DNA from: an uncultured Chroococcidiopsis sp.
Lineage (GTDB): Bacteria > Cyanobacteriota > Cyanobacteriia > Cyanobacteriales > Chroococcidiopsidaceae
Reading direction: 5' to 3'
Assembly (NCBI GenBank): GCA_964248365.1
Contig: CAXTYC010000024.1
Span: forward strand, 1-64,000
DNA length: 64,000 nucleotides
In this document: one piece after another, positions 43,979 to 55,872 of the stretch
How positions within the stretch are numbered: the first letter of the stretch is position 1
Layout of the letters: each line of letters begins with the position of its first letter
Program-made: the position numbers and the translations under genes
The notes under the pieces: generated by a model
Told to the model about the DNA's origin: nothing
The model's database searches: none
The model's input: the letters and a program-made list of their open reading frames with translations, nothing else

Positions 43979-45090
43979 TTGGGAAAAGGGAAGCTGATCA
44001 TGTGGTCATTGTCAGTACCACAGCTAGGAGCAACTTTGGCAGCAACCTTGGTAGGCTACGAAGCTGGGTTGTTAGATCAAAGAATATTAAACAGCGTCAT
44101 TGTTTTATTGTTGGTAACGGCAACTTTAGGACTCCTATTTACTAGTCGCGTAGCCCCAAGTTTGGTCGTAGCGGCAAATAATCTTGAGCCAGAGACAACG
44201 CCGCCTGATTGGAATACCCAGCCAGCAGACAGCCCATTTAAGGTAGTAGTTCCAGTCTATAAACCCCAAGACACAGCAGTATTTGATTGAAATGGCAGCT
44301 TTATTCGCACGTCAGGCGGGGGGGGCAGGTAGTACCATTAGCTGATCGCCAAAGCAACTGCCCATATGGATGCGCCCCAGTTAGAAGCTGCTTTCCAACA
44401 AGGAGAGTTACTTCTAGACAATGCCACTGCTATTAGCCAACAACAAGGCATGGAGGCTGAACCTGTATTGCGAATTGACGATGCGATCCCACAGGGAATT
44501 TGTCGAGCAAGTCGAGAGCAAAAAGCAAGTTTAATTGTTCTAGGCTGGGGTCAACGTACTGGCTTACGCGCTCGCTTGTTTGGTAATGTAATTGATAGCG
44601 TTTTGGCTGAGGCTCATTGTCCTGTTGCGGTGTCACGCTTAGTGAGTTCCCCCACCCAAATGCGGTGCATTTTAGTACCATTGGAAAATCTCACTTCCCA
44701 AGCACTGCGTAAAGTCAAGTTTGCCCATAGAATAGCCGCTGCAACTGGAGCATCAGTTACAGTCTTACACATCTGCCCTCCCAATAGCTTGGATGCGATC
44801 GCAACTGGCGCTACTATTTGCTAAATTATCTTTGCCAAATCAATTAGAAATTCAAATCCTTCCTCACGACAATATATTTCAAGCAATTCTAGAGGTAGCC
44901 GAAGGATGTGATGAACGTGGTCTTACGTTCTGTTCGCCCTCGCACCAGTACAAGTAGCGCTTTAGTAGTTGGCGGTGTGACAACCCAACGTGTGAGTGCA
45001 CTTACCTGTTCCCTCGTCATGCTAGGAGAACCGCAACCTGTTGCCACAGCAGCTTTTGCCCTGACTCGCCCCCTAAAAACGTTGCTTTGA
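43979..45090 (+). pseudogene. Cation:proton antiporter with USP domains, C-terminal remnant
   Basis: MWSLSVPQLGATLAATLVGY and LFGNVIDSVLAEAHCPV in broken frames; most TM segments are missing. Confidence 0.8.
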
Positions 45091-45588
45091 GCAACCGATT
45101 GTCCTAAGTACAAGGACATAAAAAAATGGCTCTTTTGTGCAAAAGGCGAAAGGATTGTGCGGTAAGAGTTATCTAGTTTGACAAGCGCCATTTTTTTGCC
45201 TTTCTCCTCCTTAGTAAGTAGGTGGACATAATTAAACGTAAAATGCTTAATTCTAAGAAATAAAAAGGTAAAGTACTTACCTTCTGCCTTCTACCTTCTA
45301 CCTTCTACCTTCTACTTAAAATCTTTGCTAAATCTTTAAGGTGGTGTGTATTTACTAAATTTTGAGCGGTAAAAGATACTTTGGGAATAATTGTTTGTTA
45401 AATTTTTTAAATTAGGGAATAATCAGTTAAGCAGTTAGTTGAATAAACAACAAATGCGCCTTGTCAGGCGTTGCTAATATAACAACTGCCTTTCCGTGCT
45501 GTAGGGCAAGATTCTCGCAAACGCATACGCACTTATTGAGATGCATTGCCAACCCTAATTGAAACACTTGTAACAAACTAGAAAATCT

Positions 45589-46539
45589 ATGAGAATTTTG
45601 GTCACTGGTGGCGCTGGGTTTATTGGTTCTCACCTAATAGATCGGCTGATGGCTAATGGACACGAAGTTATTTGCTTGGATAACTTTTATACTGGTCACA
45701 AACGCAACATCGTTAAATGGTTAGATCATCCATACTTTGAACTTATCCGCCACGACATCACTGAACCAATTCGATTAGAAGTCGATCAAATCTATCATCT
45801 AGCTTGTCCTGCTTCTCCAGTACACTACCAGTACAACCCAGTCAAAACCGTCAAAACCAATGTGATGGGAACAATGAATATGCTGGGACTGGCAAAGCGA
45901 GTTAAAGCTCGCTTCCTTCTAGCCTCAACTTCGGAAGTGTATGGCGATCCCGAAGTACATCCTCAAACAGAAGAATACCGAGGAAATGTAAATCCTATCG
46001 GCATTCGCTCATGCTATGACGAAGGCAAGCGAATTGCCGAAACCCTAGCTTTTGACTATCATCGGCAAAATGATGTAGATATTCGGGTAGCGCGCATCTT
46101 CAATACCTATGGTCCAAGGATGTTGGAAAACGATGGACGGGTAGTGAGTAACTTAGTAGTGCAAGCTTTAAGGAATATTCCTTTAACAGTGTATGGCGAC
46201 GGTTCTCAAACCCGCAGCTTCTGCTACGTCTCTGACTTGGTAGAAGGACTAATGCGGCTAATGAATGGCGACTACATTGGTCCTGTCAACTTGGGAAATC
46301 CAGAGGAATACACAATTTTACAACTGGCTCAAAACGTCCAGAACCTAATCAATCCTGATGCCCAAATCAAATTTGCTCCCCTACCTCAAGACGATCCGCG
46401 TCGTCGCCGTCCAGATATTACTAAGGCGAAAACTTGGTTAAATTGGCAGCCTACAGTTGGGCTGTCACAAGGTTTAAAACTTACAGTAGAAGATTTCAGG
46501 CAACGCATTCAAAGTGAGCAGCCAGCTTCTTTAGCTTAG
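45589..46539 (+). CDS. UDP-glucuronate decarboxylase (UDP-xylose synthase family)
   Basis: [24 protein letters not shown] and YDEGK motifs. Confidence 0.93.
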   Translation: MRILVTGGAGFIGSHLIDRLMANGHEVICLDNFYTGHKRNIVKWLDHPYFELIRHDITEPIRLEVDQIYHLACPASPVHYQYNPVKTVKTNVMGTMNMLGLAKRVKARFLLASTSEVYGDPEVHPQTEEYRGNVNPIGIRSCYDEGKRIAETLAFDYHRQNDVDIRVARIFNTYGPRMLENDGRVVSNLVVQALRNIPLTVYGDGSQTRSFCYVSDLVEGLMRLMNGDYIGPVNLGNPEEYTILQLAQNVQNLINPDAQIKFAPLPQDDPRRRRPDITKAKTWLNWQPTVGLSQGLKLTVEDFRQRIQSEQPASLA

Positions 46540-46742
46540 AAGTCTGGAATTGCTAAGAAAGCAAAACAAACATTGACAAATAAGCTTATTAGTGCCTTAG
46601 AGCGAACGTGCAGTGAAGAGTTGCCCTTGCTGATCTACAACTCATACCATTTTGGGAACCATAGATATTGGATGCCCAGATTTTAGAGACGCACTCATAG
46701 AGCGCGTTTCTACACCCTAAACAATAGAGGAGATATACGAAT

Positions 46743-48131
46743 ATGCGTGTTTGTGTAATTGGTACAGGCTACGTTGGCTTAGTAACTGGTGCAAGCCTCG
46801 CCCACATCGGGCATCACGTAATTTGCGTGGACAATAACGAAGAAAAAGTCAAATTGATGAAGGCTGGACAGTCACCGATTTTTGAACCAGGGCTGTCAGA
46901 AATTATGCACTCGGCAATTCAATCTGGCAGGATTGAGTTTACAACAGATATTGGTGCTGGAGTTGCTCATGGGGATATTTTGTTTATCGCGGTAGGAACT
47001 CCGCCTTTGCCGAATGGGGAAAGTGATACACGCTATGTAGAAGCTGTTGCTCGTAGCATTGGGGCAAACCTTGATGGTGGCTACAAGGTAATTGTAAACA
47101 AATCGACAGTACCAATTGGTTCCGGTGACTGGGTGCGAATGATTGTACTTGATGGAATTGTCGAACGCCAGAAGGTACTAGTCGGAGCGGGTGGCGCAAG
47201 TGATATCACAACTTTGGAAAAAGTGCCTGCGTTTGATGTAGTCAGTAACCCTGAGTTCTTGCGGGAAGGTTCAGCCGTGTATGACACCTTCAATCCCGAT
47301 CGCATTGTACTGGGAGGAAGCAATCCCAAAGCGATCGCCATGATGAAAGAACTTTATGCCCCGATTGTCGAGCGCCAGTATGCGGAAGATAAAGCTTTAC
47401 CACCAGTACCAGTGCTAGTTACCGATATCAGTTCGGCTGAGATGATTAAGTACGCCGCTAATGCATTTTTAGCAACCAAGATTAGTTTTATCAATGAAGT
47501 TGCCAATATCTGCGATCGCGTCGGTGCTGATGTTACTCAAGTCGCCAAAGGCATTGGTTTAGACTCTCGCATCGGTAACAAATTTTTGCAAGCAGGCATC
47601 GGCTGGGGCGGTTCCTGTTTCCCCAAAGATGTCTCGGCATTAATTCATACCGCCGACGACTATGGTTATGAAGCCCATCTTCTCAAGGCTGCTGTGAGTG
47701 TTAACGAGCGCCAACGTCTGATTGCTATCGAAAAACTTCAGCAAGTACTAAAAATCTTGAAAGGTAAAACCGTAGGACTGCTGGGGCTTACCTTTAAACC
47801 AGATACAGATGATATGCGCGATGCACCCGCTCTCAACTTAATCGAGCATCTCAACCGTCTGGGAGCCAAAGTAAAGGCATACGACCCAATTGTTGCCCAA
47901 TCTGGTATGCGTCATGGACTAACTGGCGTATTAGTGGAAACCGATCCAGAGCGTTTAGCTGACGGCTGTGATGCCTTAGTACTAGTAACTGACTGGCAGC
48001 AGTTCCGCACTCTAGACTATAGCAAAATGGCGACTCTAATGAATAACCCTGTCGTAATCGATGGTCGCAACTTCCTCGACCGAGAAGCACTGCAACAGGC
48101 TGGGTTCTACTACGTCGGAGTGGGACGATAG
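46743..48131 (+). CDS. ugd: UDP-glucose 6-dehydrogenase
   Basis: GTGYVG, NPEFLREG and GGSCFPKD motifs. Confidence 0.95.
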   Translation: MRVCVIGTGYVGLVTGASLAHIGHHVICVDNNEEKVKLMKAGQSPIFEPGLSEIMHSAIQSGRIEFTTDIGAGVAHGDILFIAVGTPPLPNGESDTRYVEAVARSIGANLDGGYKVIVNKSTVPIGSGDWVRMIVLDGIVERQKVLVGAGGASDITTLEKVPAFDVVSNPEFLREGSAVYDTFNPDRIVLGGSNPKAIAMMKELYAPIVERQYAEDKALPPVPVLVTDISSAEMIKYAANAFLATKISFINEVANICDRVGADVTQVAKGIGLDSRIGNKFLQAGIGWGGSCFPKDVSALIHTADDYGYEAHLLKAAVSVNERQRLIAIEKLQQVLKILKGKTVGLLGLTFKPDTDDMRDAPALNLIEHLNRLGAKVKAYDPIVAQSGMRHGLTGVLVETDPERLADGCDALVLVTDWQQFRTLDYSKMATLMNNPVVIDGRNFLDREALQQAGFYYVGVGR

Positions 48132-48283
48132 GAGGGGCTAGGGAAAAAGACGCAGGGGACAAGGGGACAAGGGGAAGAATCAACAGTCGTCCTCTCCTTG
48201 TCCCCCATCTCCTTGTTTCCCCCTCCTCTTCTAGCCCCTAGCCTCTAGCCCCCAGCCTCCAGCCCCTAGTCCTCAGCCCCTAG

Positions 48284-49078
48284 TTAACCATTACCAGGAA
48301 TCCTCTCAATTTGGGCGTAGCCGCTGAAAACAAGGTTTTTGCCTTGAGTTTCTAAGCGGTTAAGCCGCATGGTCACTCCATCGAGGTCAAAGCGATCCAA
48401 ATCGACCATATTATTTAAAATGTCAGCCATAGCTTTGGCTAGAGCTAGAGAAATTTCCTGTTGGGATTCTGGTACAGCGTCTAATTCAAACTGAGGATTT
48501 TGGAAGGCAAGCCGCCGCCGCCGTTCTATTCCTATAGTTGCCCTTAAACTAATTGGCACTCGGTTATCATCAGATAAGTCTGCTATAGCCATAATCTGCA
48601 CTTGGTTTTCAGGCAAAAGTTGCAGTTGGACTTGATCGAATGAAACTGGCTTACCTGCAGACAAGTCTGTCAAGGCAGGTAAACTAAGGTTCTGAAGGCG
48701 CTTTTTTACCAATTCGGCACTAAAGGCTTGGTTAATGCCTGTTTCAGATAATGTAACAGAGGCAACAGCTTGAGTGGGTTGCTTCAGTGCTAATTTGCCA
48801 CTGAGAACCGAACTAAAGTCAATCGCAACGGCATCTGTTTCAAATGACATTTCTTCTACCCAGAAGTCTTTGCGGATGACTAAACCGCGACCGCTCATTT
48901 TGAAGCTATCGATGCTGCCCTGCAAGAGTTTACTGGAAGGATAGCAGCGTACAGAGACTTCTACTGATTCGCTTTGAGTAAACAAGTGGCGAATCGTTTT
49001 GCTGGCAACGGTATTGAGCATTTTCTCTCCCCAATCAGTGCCAGTTGGATTGGTTAAACCAGTAAATCCGCCGAACAT
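48284..49078 (-). CDS. DUF2993 / LmeA-like protein
   Basis: SSKLLQGSIDSF and LETQG-type cyanobacterial DUF2993 sequence. Confidence 0.75.
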   Translation of the reverse strand: MFGGFTGLTNPTGTDWGEKMLNTVASKTIRHLFTQSESVEVSVRCYPSSKLLQGSIDSFKMSGRGLVIRKDFWVEEMSFETDAVAIDFSSVLSGKLALKQPTQAVASVTLSETGINQAFSAELVKKRLQNLSLPALTDLSAGKPVSFDQVQLQLLPENQVQIMAIADLSDDNRVPISLRATIGIERRRRLAFQNPQFELDAVPESQQEISLALAKAMADILNNMVDLDRFDLDGVTMRLNRLETQGKNLVFSGYAQIERIPGNG

Positions 49079-49512
49079 TGTTGTTTCGCGCTTATAGAAG
49101 TTATTTATACTTTTGTAACAAACACTGACAGTTACAGCAAGCTCCCGTAGATATAGTATTTAAATAGAAGCTGCTAGGAAAACTAATATGCACTCATGAA
49201 GCTGGAGACTAGAGGCTAGAGGCTAGGGGATCTGGGATTGGAAGAGATGGGGAAAATCATCAATGTCGAAAGTCGAAATTCGACTTTCGACTTCTACTAG
49301 TGTGCTTTTGCTATGAGCGATCGCTCATAGCGCATAAACTTACATAAGCAAGGCTAAACGTGTGACTGCATAAGAGTTTAATCATTGCGGTAAAATATTT
49401 TGTGTTAGAGTATTTACTGAGAGTGAGTTCGGCAGTTGTGTTTGGTTGTGCTAATTCAGACGCTTCTTTCGAATCGACGTCTCTACATCATCAAGATTCG
49501 GGAGAAGTTTGA

Positions 49513-49839
49513 ATGTCTATTTATGTGGGTAACCTGTCCTTTAAAGTTACACAGGAAGACCTAATGAGCGTTTTTGCCGAATATGGCACAGTTACAAGAG
49601 TACAATTACCCACAGACCGAGAAAGTGGTCGTCCACGCGGCTTTGGTTTCGTCGAAATGGAAACAGAAGCCGAAGAAGATAAAGCTATAGCAGAGCTTGA
49701 TGGCGCTGAGTGGATGGGGCGAGTAATGAAAGTGAATAAAGCCAAGCCACGCGAAGACAGAGGCGGTGATAGAGGTGGTCGGTCTGGTGGCGGTAACTGG
49801 AAAGGAAATAACCAGCGTGGTTACTCCAAGAGTTACTAG
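49513..49839 (+). CDS. rbp: RRM RNA-binding protein with Gly-rich tail (Rbp family)
   Basis: RNP2 IYVGNL and RNP1 RGFGFVEM. Confidence 0.95.
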   Translation: MSIYVGNLSFKVTQEDLMSVFAEYGTVTRVQLPTDRESGRPRGFGFVEMETEAEEDKAIAELDGAEWMGRVMKVNKAKPREDRGGDRGGRSGGGNWKGNNQRGYSKSY

Positions 49840-49899
49840 TATAAGTTAACGGTTGGTTAAAGTCAAGCGATCGCGCTAAAAGCGTAAACAAAGTTTTAG

Positions 49900-49937
49900 A
49901 GTGGGGTGCGTTAAAAAAGCACCCCACTGCTTTTTTA
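49900..49937 (+). terminator. Terminator hairpin between the convergent rbp and cmpR
   Basis: AGTGGGGTGC/GCACCCCACT stem followed by a T tract. Confidence 0.7.
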
Positions 49938-49940
49938 CAG

Positions 49941-50861
49941 TTAAGTCATGGGTGGCGTATAGTCGGGCATTTGTCTTGCTACACCCAGCAGGTAGTCAAA
50001 ATAGGTACGAGCAACAACAGACAATTGTTTGCCTGCTGGATATACCATGTACCAATAACGGCGAATTGGAAAGTATTCTACATCCAAAATTGCTAACTGG
50101 CTGGGATATCCTTCGGTTGATATGGTATGGCGAGATAAAACTGAGATTCCTAAACCACCAGCGATTGCCTGCTTAATTGCCTCATTACTACCCAACTCCA
50201 GCTTGACTTTGAGAGTAACTGAGTGTTCATCAAACAGTTTTTGCACGGCTGTGCGAGTACCTGAACCTGGTTCTCGCAAAATAAAAGGCTCTTCACTCAA
50301 ACGTTGGATTGAGATCTTTTTTTCTTTCGCCAGAGGATGATTGATTGGTGCTAATACTATCAATGGGTTTTCCAAAAACGGCTGGCAGGTGATATCGAGA
50401 TGCTCTGGCAGTTGACTCATAATATACAAGTCGTCCAGATTCTCTTTCAGACGTTCCACAATCCCTGAGTGGTTCGTCACTTGTAAAGCAATATCGATTC
50501 CTGGGTAAAGCTGGCAAAATGGACCTAATAAACGCGGTACGAAATATTTAGCAGTTGTAATCACTGCTAAGCGTAGTTTTCCCTGCTTCATCCCTTTTAA
50601 GTCTGCTACCGTCATTTCAAACTGGGAAATCCTTTCAAATATTTCCCGACAGGTAGCAAACAGTTCCTGTCCCGCTTGGGTGAGGTAAAGCCGTTTACCT
50701 ACTTGTTCAAACAATGGCAAACCAACTGCCTTGGTTAGCTGCTTCACCTGCATAGAGACAGTTGGTTGAGTCAAGAACAGTTCTTCCGCCGCGCGAGTAA
50801 AGCTACCATTGCGCGCGGCAGCTTCAAACACCTTTAACTGATGGAGCGTCGCCTGTTTCAC
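49941..50861 (-). CDS. cmpR: CbbR-type LysR regulator (CmpR-like)
   Basis: ATLHQLKVF...SFTRAAEELFLTQPTVS and REPGSGTR; located downstream of the ccm operon. Confidence 0.75.
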   Translation of the reverse strand: MKQATLHQLKVFEAAARNGSFTRAAEELFLTQPTVSMQVKQLTKAVGLPLFEQVGKRLYLTQAGQELFATCREIFERISQFEMTVADLKGMKQGKLRLAVITTAKYFVPRLLGPFCQLYPGIDIALQVTNHSGIVERLKENLDDLYIMSQLPEHLDITCQPFLENPLIVLAPINHPLAKEKKISIQRLSEEPFILREPGSGTRTAVQKLFDEHSVTLKVKLELGSNEAIKQAIAGGLGISVLSRHTISTEGYPSQLAILDVEYFPIRRYWYMVYPAGKQLSVVARTYFDYLLGVARQMPDYTPPMT

Positions 50862-51194
50862 GGCAATTCACTCAGCAGACTTCGTATATAATTATAACTC
50901 TATAACATCTATTAAAAACAATGACTTTTATTTATGAAATTTTTAGGTTAGTATCTAAACAACTGAAAGAGCGTAAGATGACTTCCATCAAAGCGTTGCA
51001 CAATTATAGGGGATTTGTTGATTTATATCCTGTATTTGGGCTGGTTCCAGATAGGGAAAATTGCCCTCATGCCGCCCCATTATGTGCAACGCTTTTTCTT
51101 AGGTTTTAGGGGCGTGCGTGAGAGCGGGGGAAGCGCAGGGAAGCTGGGGGAGAATAATTAATTACGAATTACGAATTACGAATTACGAATTAAT

Positions 51195-51973
51195 TTAAAT
51201 TTCTTCCTTGAGTGGTACGGGCAAAGTTGTTAGATCTGGCAATTGCACAAGTTCAGTTTCAGTTTCCTTTTCCTTTTCCTTGATGGTGACTGGCAATTGT
51301 AAGGGCTGTGGCTGCTCGATCCAGCAACTAGCAAGGGGCAGAGTTTGTTCCAAATCATCCAACGGTCTGGGAATTACCATTACGGCATTTAATTCCCCAA
51401 TCTTTTCTGCCTCAAACATTCCTGCCTCAACTGCTACGGCGACATTAGACACAGAGCCGCGAATAATAACTGTACACAAGCCATCTCCAATCCTTTCATA
51501 GGATGCTAGCTGGACATCAGCAGCCTTAAGCATGGCATCAGCTGCCCCTACCATTGCTGGAAATCCCCGCGTTTCCAACAGCCCAACAGCTTGATTACTC
51601 AAACGACTATAACCACCTCTTTGAGTCAATTGATGCAGGCGATTGCCAATCGGTAGCACTGCCTCTAGATTGGGTAGAGGACGGGGAATGACCAATGTGG
51701 AAACTAGCTGACCAAAGCCTTCAGCCGTTTCTGCACCGATTTTTACAGCGAGGCGGACATCAGCAGTACCACCACGCACGATCGCAGTACAGTAGCCACT
51801 ACCAATTTTTTCATAACCTACCAGGGTGACTCCAGCGGTCTTAAGCATCATATCTGCTGTCCCAACGATTGCTGGAAAACTGCGGGTAGATACTAAACCC
51901 AAAGCCATGTCCTGAAAGCTATCTCTATGTTTCTCTTGTCCAGAGAGGACAAGCCCTTGATTTTCTGCCTGCA
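51195..51973 (-). CDS. ccmO: Carboxysome tandem-BMC shell protein CcmO
   Basis: Two BMC domains (STRSFPAIVGTADMMLK; ETRGFPAMVGAADAMLK). Confidence 0.92.
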
Positions 51974-52170
51974 TTTTAGACCTACTCGCTGCCCACACGC
52001 CCATTATCAACTAAGAATTTGAGATTTGAGATTTGTTTTTTGGTTCACGTCCCAGAATGAACAGAAATAAATTCGGGCATCACCAATTTTGCCTATCCTC
52101 AAGCTCCAAAGGGCAACTAGCGTTAGTTTAATCTTTGAATGGACAATTTAAAATCTACGCATCGGTTGAT

Positions 52171-52845
52171 TTATGTACTTTCAGGTGGAGATGAACCGTC
52201 TTGCCCTTGCTGGCTTAGGGAGCGATTGTAGGGAAGCAAAGTTGATATTAGCTGTGACAACGAGGCTTTTCCATATACCACTGGAGTAGCAGTAGTTGGG
52301 GCTGATTCGGGTTGGGGTTGAATTTGTTCAGATTCTAGCTCTGACTGACTGGGAGAGTCAGTGTCGAGGGCTTCTGTATTGGTGGATTGTGGTTGGGCGT
52401 TGGAGCCACTAGTATCTTCCTGCCGAGAACCTGGTGCTACAAGTTGCCCCCGTTCAGGCTGGGTGTGGTTGGTGGATTGTGGTTGGGCGTTGGAGCGACT
52501 AGTGTCTCCCAGCAGAGAACCTGGTGCTACAATTTGCCCCCGTTCAATTGAACAATTTAGTATTGTTGTGGCTGAACCGATGCAAGCATTTGCCCCAATT
52601 TTACCCGCACCAACCACCAAAACCCCTGCCCCAAGGATTGCCCCTGTCTCGATTTCCAGAGTACCGTCATGAGCGTGTAACACAGCCCCCATGCCGATAC
52701 ACACTCCAGCACAGATGTTAATCCGACTGTTTGGAGTTGCAATGAGCATCACTCCGCTTGCGATCGCTGCATTTGGATCAATCATTACCTCGCCACTTAC
52801 GTAGGAATTAAAGTTGGTAATCAGATGTAGTGGCGACACAGACAT
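52171..52845 (-). CDS. ccmN: Carboxysome assembly protein CcmN
   Basis: Hexapeptide repeats and C-terminal encapsulation peptide VYGKASLSQLISTLLP. Confidence 0.92.
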   Translation of the reverse strand: MSVSPLHLITNFNSYVSGEVMIDPNAAIASGVMLIATPNSRINICAGVCIGMGAVLHAHDGTLEIETGAILGAGVLVVGAGKIGANACIGSATTILNCSIERGQIVAPGSLLGDTSRSNAQPQSTNHTQPERGQLVAPGSRQEDTSGSNAQPQSTNTEALDTDSPSQSELESEQIQPQPESAPTTATPVVYGKASLSQLISTLLPYNRSLSQQGQDGSSPPEST

Positions 52846-52931
52846 TAGGATTGCAACCTCGTACGTTCCGAAAATAATCGGATGAGACAGTAGCCATTAT
52901 AGTAGGCATTCATTACGAGCAAGTGTAGATC

Positions 52932-54596
52932 CTATTGACCTGGGCGTTGGATAATTGTTTCCATTACCCGTTTTTTCGCTTTGGGTTCAATACCAAACAA
53001 GCGGACATATTCGCCTTCGTGATTTGCTATGCACTGCTCCACAGCGGCGATCGCTTCTGATTCTGAGCGAGTATCAATTGGACTGCAACTTTGCCATGAA
53101 CCAGTGCGGAAACGGCGCTGATCTACGTGTTCTGTGCCAATCTTGTATCCACCAGCCAAGATATTGCGAACTTGCTCTAAAATTTCTGGACTCAGCTGGG
53201 AACTTGTACTCGCCCTTGTACTCGCCCTTGTACTATTCATTGTACTTTGGCTACTGGTATTCGGATATGCTGTTGCTGTTCTAGCTGAACCAGAAACCTG
53301 ATCTTCTGGGCGTTGAATAATTGTTTCCATTACACGCCGCTTACCTTTGGGATCGATACCAATTAGGCGCACGTACTCGCCAGCGTATTCGGCTAGATTT
53401 GCCTCAATTGCTGCCAATACCGTCGATGCTTGCCCAGAATCAATCGCACCGCAGCTTTGCCAAGACCCAGTACGAAAGCGGCGCTGATCTACGTGTTCTA
53501 TACCAATCTTGTATCCTGAAGCTAGAATATTGCGTACCTGCTCGACAATATCTGCACTCAGTCCTGTTGTAGTACTTGTAGTATTACTGAAATTACTTAC
53601 TGCTGGGGCAGGAACAGATGTTTTAGTAGTGGTTGGCTGGTAACTGCCGTCTGGACGTTGGATAATTGTTTCTAAAACCCGTTTTTTCGCCTTGGGGTCA
53701 ATGCCAAATAAGCGGACATATTCGCCTTCGTGTTCAGCCAGACAAGCTTCTAAAGCGGCGATCGCTTCTGACTGCGAACGAGTATCAATCGGACTACAAC
53801 TTTGCCATGTACCAGTACGGAAACGGCGCTGATCTACGTGTTCTGTCCCAATCTTGTATCCACCTGCCAAAAGATTACGTACTTGCTCTAGGGCATCGGC
53901 ACTTAGGCGATCGCTTCTCACTGTACCCCCATTTCCATTGCTGCGATTTAATCCATTACCTGTATAAGAGCCTGCTAACTGATTGCGGAACGTAGTAATG
54001 CTTGCCTCATCTTTAGCAGAAAGATAACTATGACGCAAGGCATCATTCATGCCTACTACGTGACGGGCAATTTCTTGGTCTACCTTTTGCACATTGGGTA
54101 AACTGTCAGCTTGCTGCTGATTAGTAATAACTGCTCCCGAAGCCACATACTTGCCTGGAGGAATTTCTACATCTTGGATCAGGGCGTGCATCATCACAAT
54201 ACAGCCATTACCCACCCGCGCATTAAATACTGTCGAGCGAAAGCCAATAAAGCAGTCGTCGCCAATATAAGCAGGTCCATAAATTAAAGCCATGTGGGTA
54301 ATAGAAGAATTTTTCCCTATCCACACTGAGTATTGGTTTTTGTCGTCTCCAATTACTTGACCTTGCTCCAAACCTCGAATTACTACACCATCGAGTATGT
54401 TAGTGCCTTCACCAATATAAAAAGGACTACCTTCATCGGCGCGAATTGATGTCCCTGGTGCAATCATCACATTCGGACCTATCCGAACATCCCCAATAAT
54501 GTTAGCTAAGGAATGTACGTAGGCGGTTTGATGAATTTTTGGCTCTGCCAAATTTTTCGACCTAGTCGGCGGGGCAGCAAAGCTGCGGGCTACCAT
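52932..54596 (-). CDS. ccmM: Carboxysome scaffold CcmM (degenerate gamma-CA domain plus three SSUL repeats)
   Basis: GTSIRADEG; three [10 protein letters not shown]...EYVRL repeats; probable internal GTG start at 53921. Confidence 0.96.
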   Translation of the reverse strand: MVARSFAAPPTRSKNLAEPKIHQTAYVHSLANIIGDVRIGPNVMIAPGTSIRADEGSPFYIGEGTNILDGVVIRGLEQGQVIGDDKNQYSVWIGKNSSITHMALIYGPAYIGDDCFIGFRSTVFNARVGNGCIVMMHALIQDVEIPPGKYVASGAVITNQQQADSLPNVQKVDQEIARHVVGMNDALRHSYLSAKDEASITTFRNQLAGSYTGNGLNRSNGNGGTVRSDRLSADALEQVRNLLAGGYKIGTEHVDQRRFRTGTWQSCSPIDTRSQSEAIAALEACLAEHEGEYVRLFGIDPKAKKRVLETIIQRPDGSYQPTTTKTSVPAPAVSNFSNTTSTTTGLSADIVEQVRNILASGYKIGIEHVDQRRFRTGSWQSCGAIDSGQASTVLAAIEANLAEYAGEYVRLIGIDPKGKRRVMETIIQRPEDQVSGSARTATAYPNTSSQSTMNSTRASTRASTSSQLSPEILEQVRNILAGGYKIGTEHVDQRRFRTGSWQSCSPIDTRSESEAIAAVEQCIANHEGEYVRLFGIEPKAKKRVMETIIQRPGQ

Positions 54597-54679
54597 ACAA
54601 CAATTCCTCTAAACTGAAAAAGCGTTTCCATTCAATTAATCTTCCAACAAGTGGGACACTAATCCCAAGCGCAATTAAC

Positions 54680-54808
54680 AATAGACCTCTTGCAAAAGTT
54701 ACTTTTGCCCCGTAGGGGAAAGGGAAAGGGGGACTTGGAAAAGGTAAATTTCTACCCTCTTCCCTTTAACCTAAAACCAGCGTCCCGACTAATGCCACGA
54801 AGTCTAAT
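54680..54808. mobile_element. MITE-like element, same termini as 2793-2911
   Basis: AATAGACCTCTTGCA ... TGCCACGAAGTCTAAT. Confidence 0.5.
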
Positions 54809-54853
54809 GTACAATTGATAATTATTTAGACCATAATTACGAATTGTACATTG

Positions 54854-55153
54854 TTAGCGGTATTGATCTCTTTTGCTGTAGATATTGCGGTTATCAACAC
54901 TGACAGTATCAATAATACCCACAACTATTGCATCAAGCGGACGTTCACTACCACCAACTTGACGGGCTGCACTTCCACGACTAACTAAAACCCACTCATC
55001 TATTCCAGCACCTACCTGATCAGCTGCCACCTCGTATTTTGGCAGCAGCTGACCTTCTAGATCTACAAACTGCAATAGCAGCAGTTTTGATCCTCTCAAA
55101 GAGGGTTCTTTCTGGGTACTAACAACAGTACCCCGAACAAGGGCAATTTGCAT
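54854..55153 (-). CDS. ccmL: Carboxysome vertex protein CcmL
   Basis: GTVVSTQK and GAGIDEWVLVSRGSAAR (EutN/CcmL family). Confidence 0.96.
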   Translation of the reverse strand: MQIALVRGTVVSTQKEPSLRGSKLLLLQFVDLEGQLLPKYEVAADQVGAGIDEWVLVSRGSAARQVGGSERPLDAIVVGIIDTVSVDNRNIYSKRDQYR

Positions 55154-55159
55154 TTAAGC

Positions 55160-55501
55160 TTATGGTCTGTTATAAGGGCGAATGCCGCTAACACTCTCAC
55201 GGAATTGTTCTACAGCTTCGGTGTAGCGAATAGGCAGCACATATTCTAGGTTTTCGTGGGGACGGGCGATGATGTGGGTAGACAATACCTGACCGCCGTT
55301 TACACGCTTGACTGAATCAACACCAGCTGCTACCGATGCTTGCACTTCCGAAACATCGCCCCGCACAATTACCGTTACCCTTCCGCTACCAATTTTTTCA
55401 TATCCTACCAATGTGACACGGGCGGCTTTGACCATCGCATCGGCGGCTTCCACGACTGCGGGAAAGCCCAAGGTTTCAATCATTCCAACTGCAATTGCCA
55501 T
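55160..55501 (-). CDS. ccmK1: Carboxysome shell protein CcmK1 (C-terminal extension)
   Basis: BMC domain plus [12 protein letters not shown] tail. Confidence 0.9.
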   Translation of the reverse strand: MAIAVGMIETLGFPAVVEAADAMVKAARVTLVGYEKIGSGRVTVIVRGDVSEVQASVAAGVDSVKRVNGGQVLSTHIIARPHENLEYVLPIRYTEAVEQFRESVSGIRPYNRP

Positions 55502-55563
55502 TTTAATACTCCGTTGCTGAAAGTCGCGTAAGGTTGTTAACTGAAAGCTTATCTTCCGAATAT

Positions 55564-55872
55564 TTACATTCGGAATTGTTCAACTGCTTCGGTATAGCGG
55601 ATCGGCAATACATACTCTAGGTTTTCGTGGGGACGAGCAATAATGTGTGTAGACAAAACTTCACCACCATTAACCCGTTTTGCTGCGTCAATACCAGCAG
55701 CTACTGATGCTTGTACTTCCGAAACATCGCCCCGCACAATTACAGTTACCCTTGCGCTTCCGATTTTTTCATAGCCCACGAGTGTGACGCGGGCAGCTTT
55801 GACCATTGCATCAGCTGCTTCCACAACAGCAGGAAAACCTTTAGTCTCAATCATTCCAACTGCGATCGGCAT
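55564..55872 (-). CDS. ccmK2: Carboxysome shell protein CcmK2
   Basis: [25 protein letters not shown] domain; no tail. Confidence 0.9.
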   Translation of the reverse strand: MPIAVGMIETKGFPAVVEAADAMVKAARVTLVGYEKIGSARVTVIVRGDVSEVQASVAAGIDAAKRVNGGEVLSTHIIARPHENLEYVLPIRYTEAVEQFRM

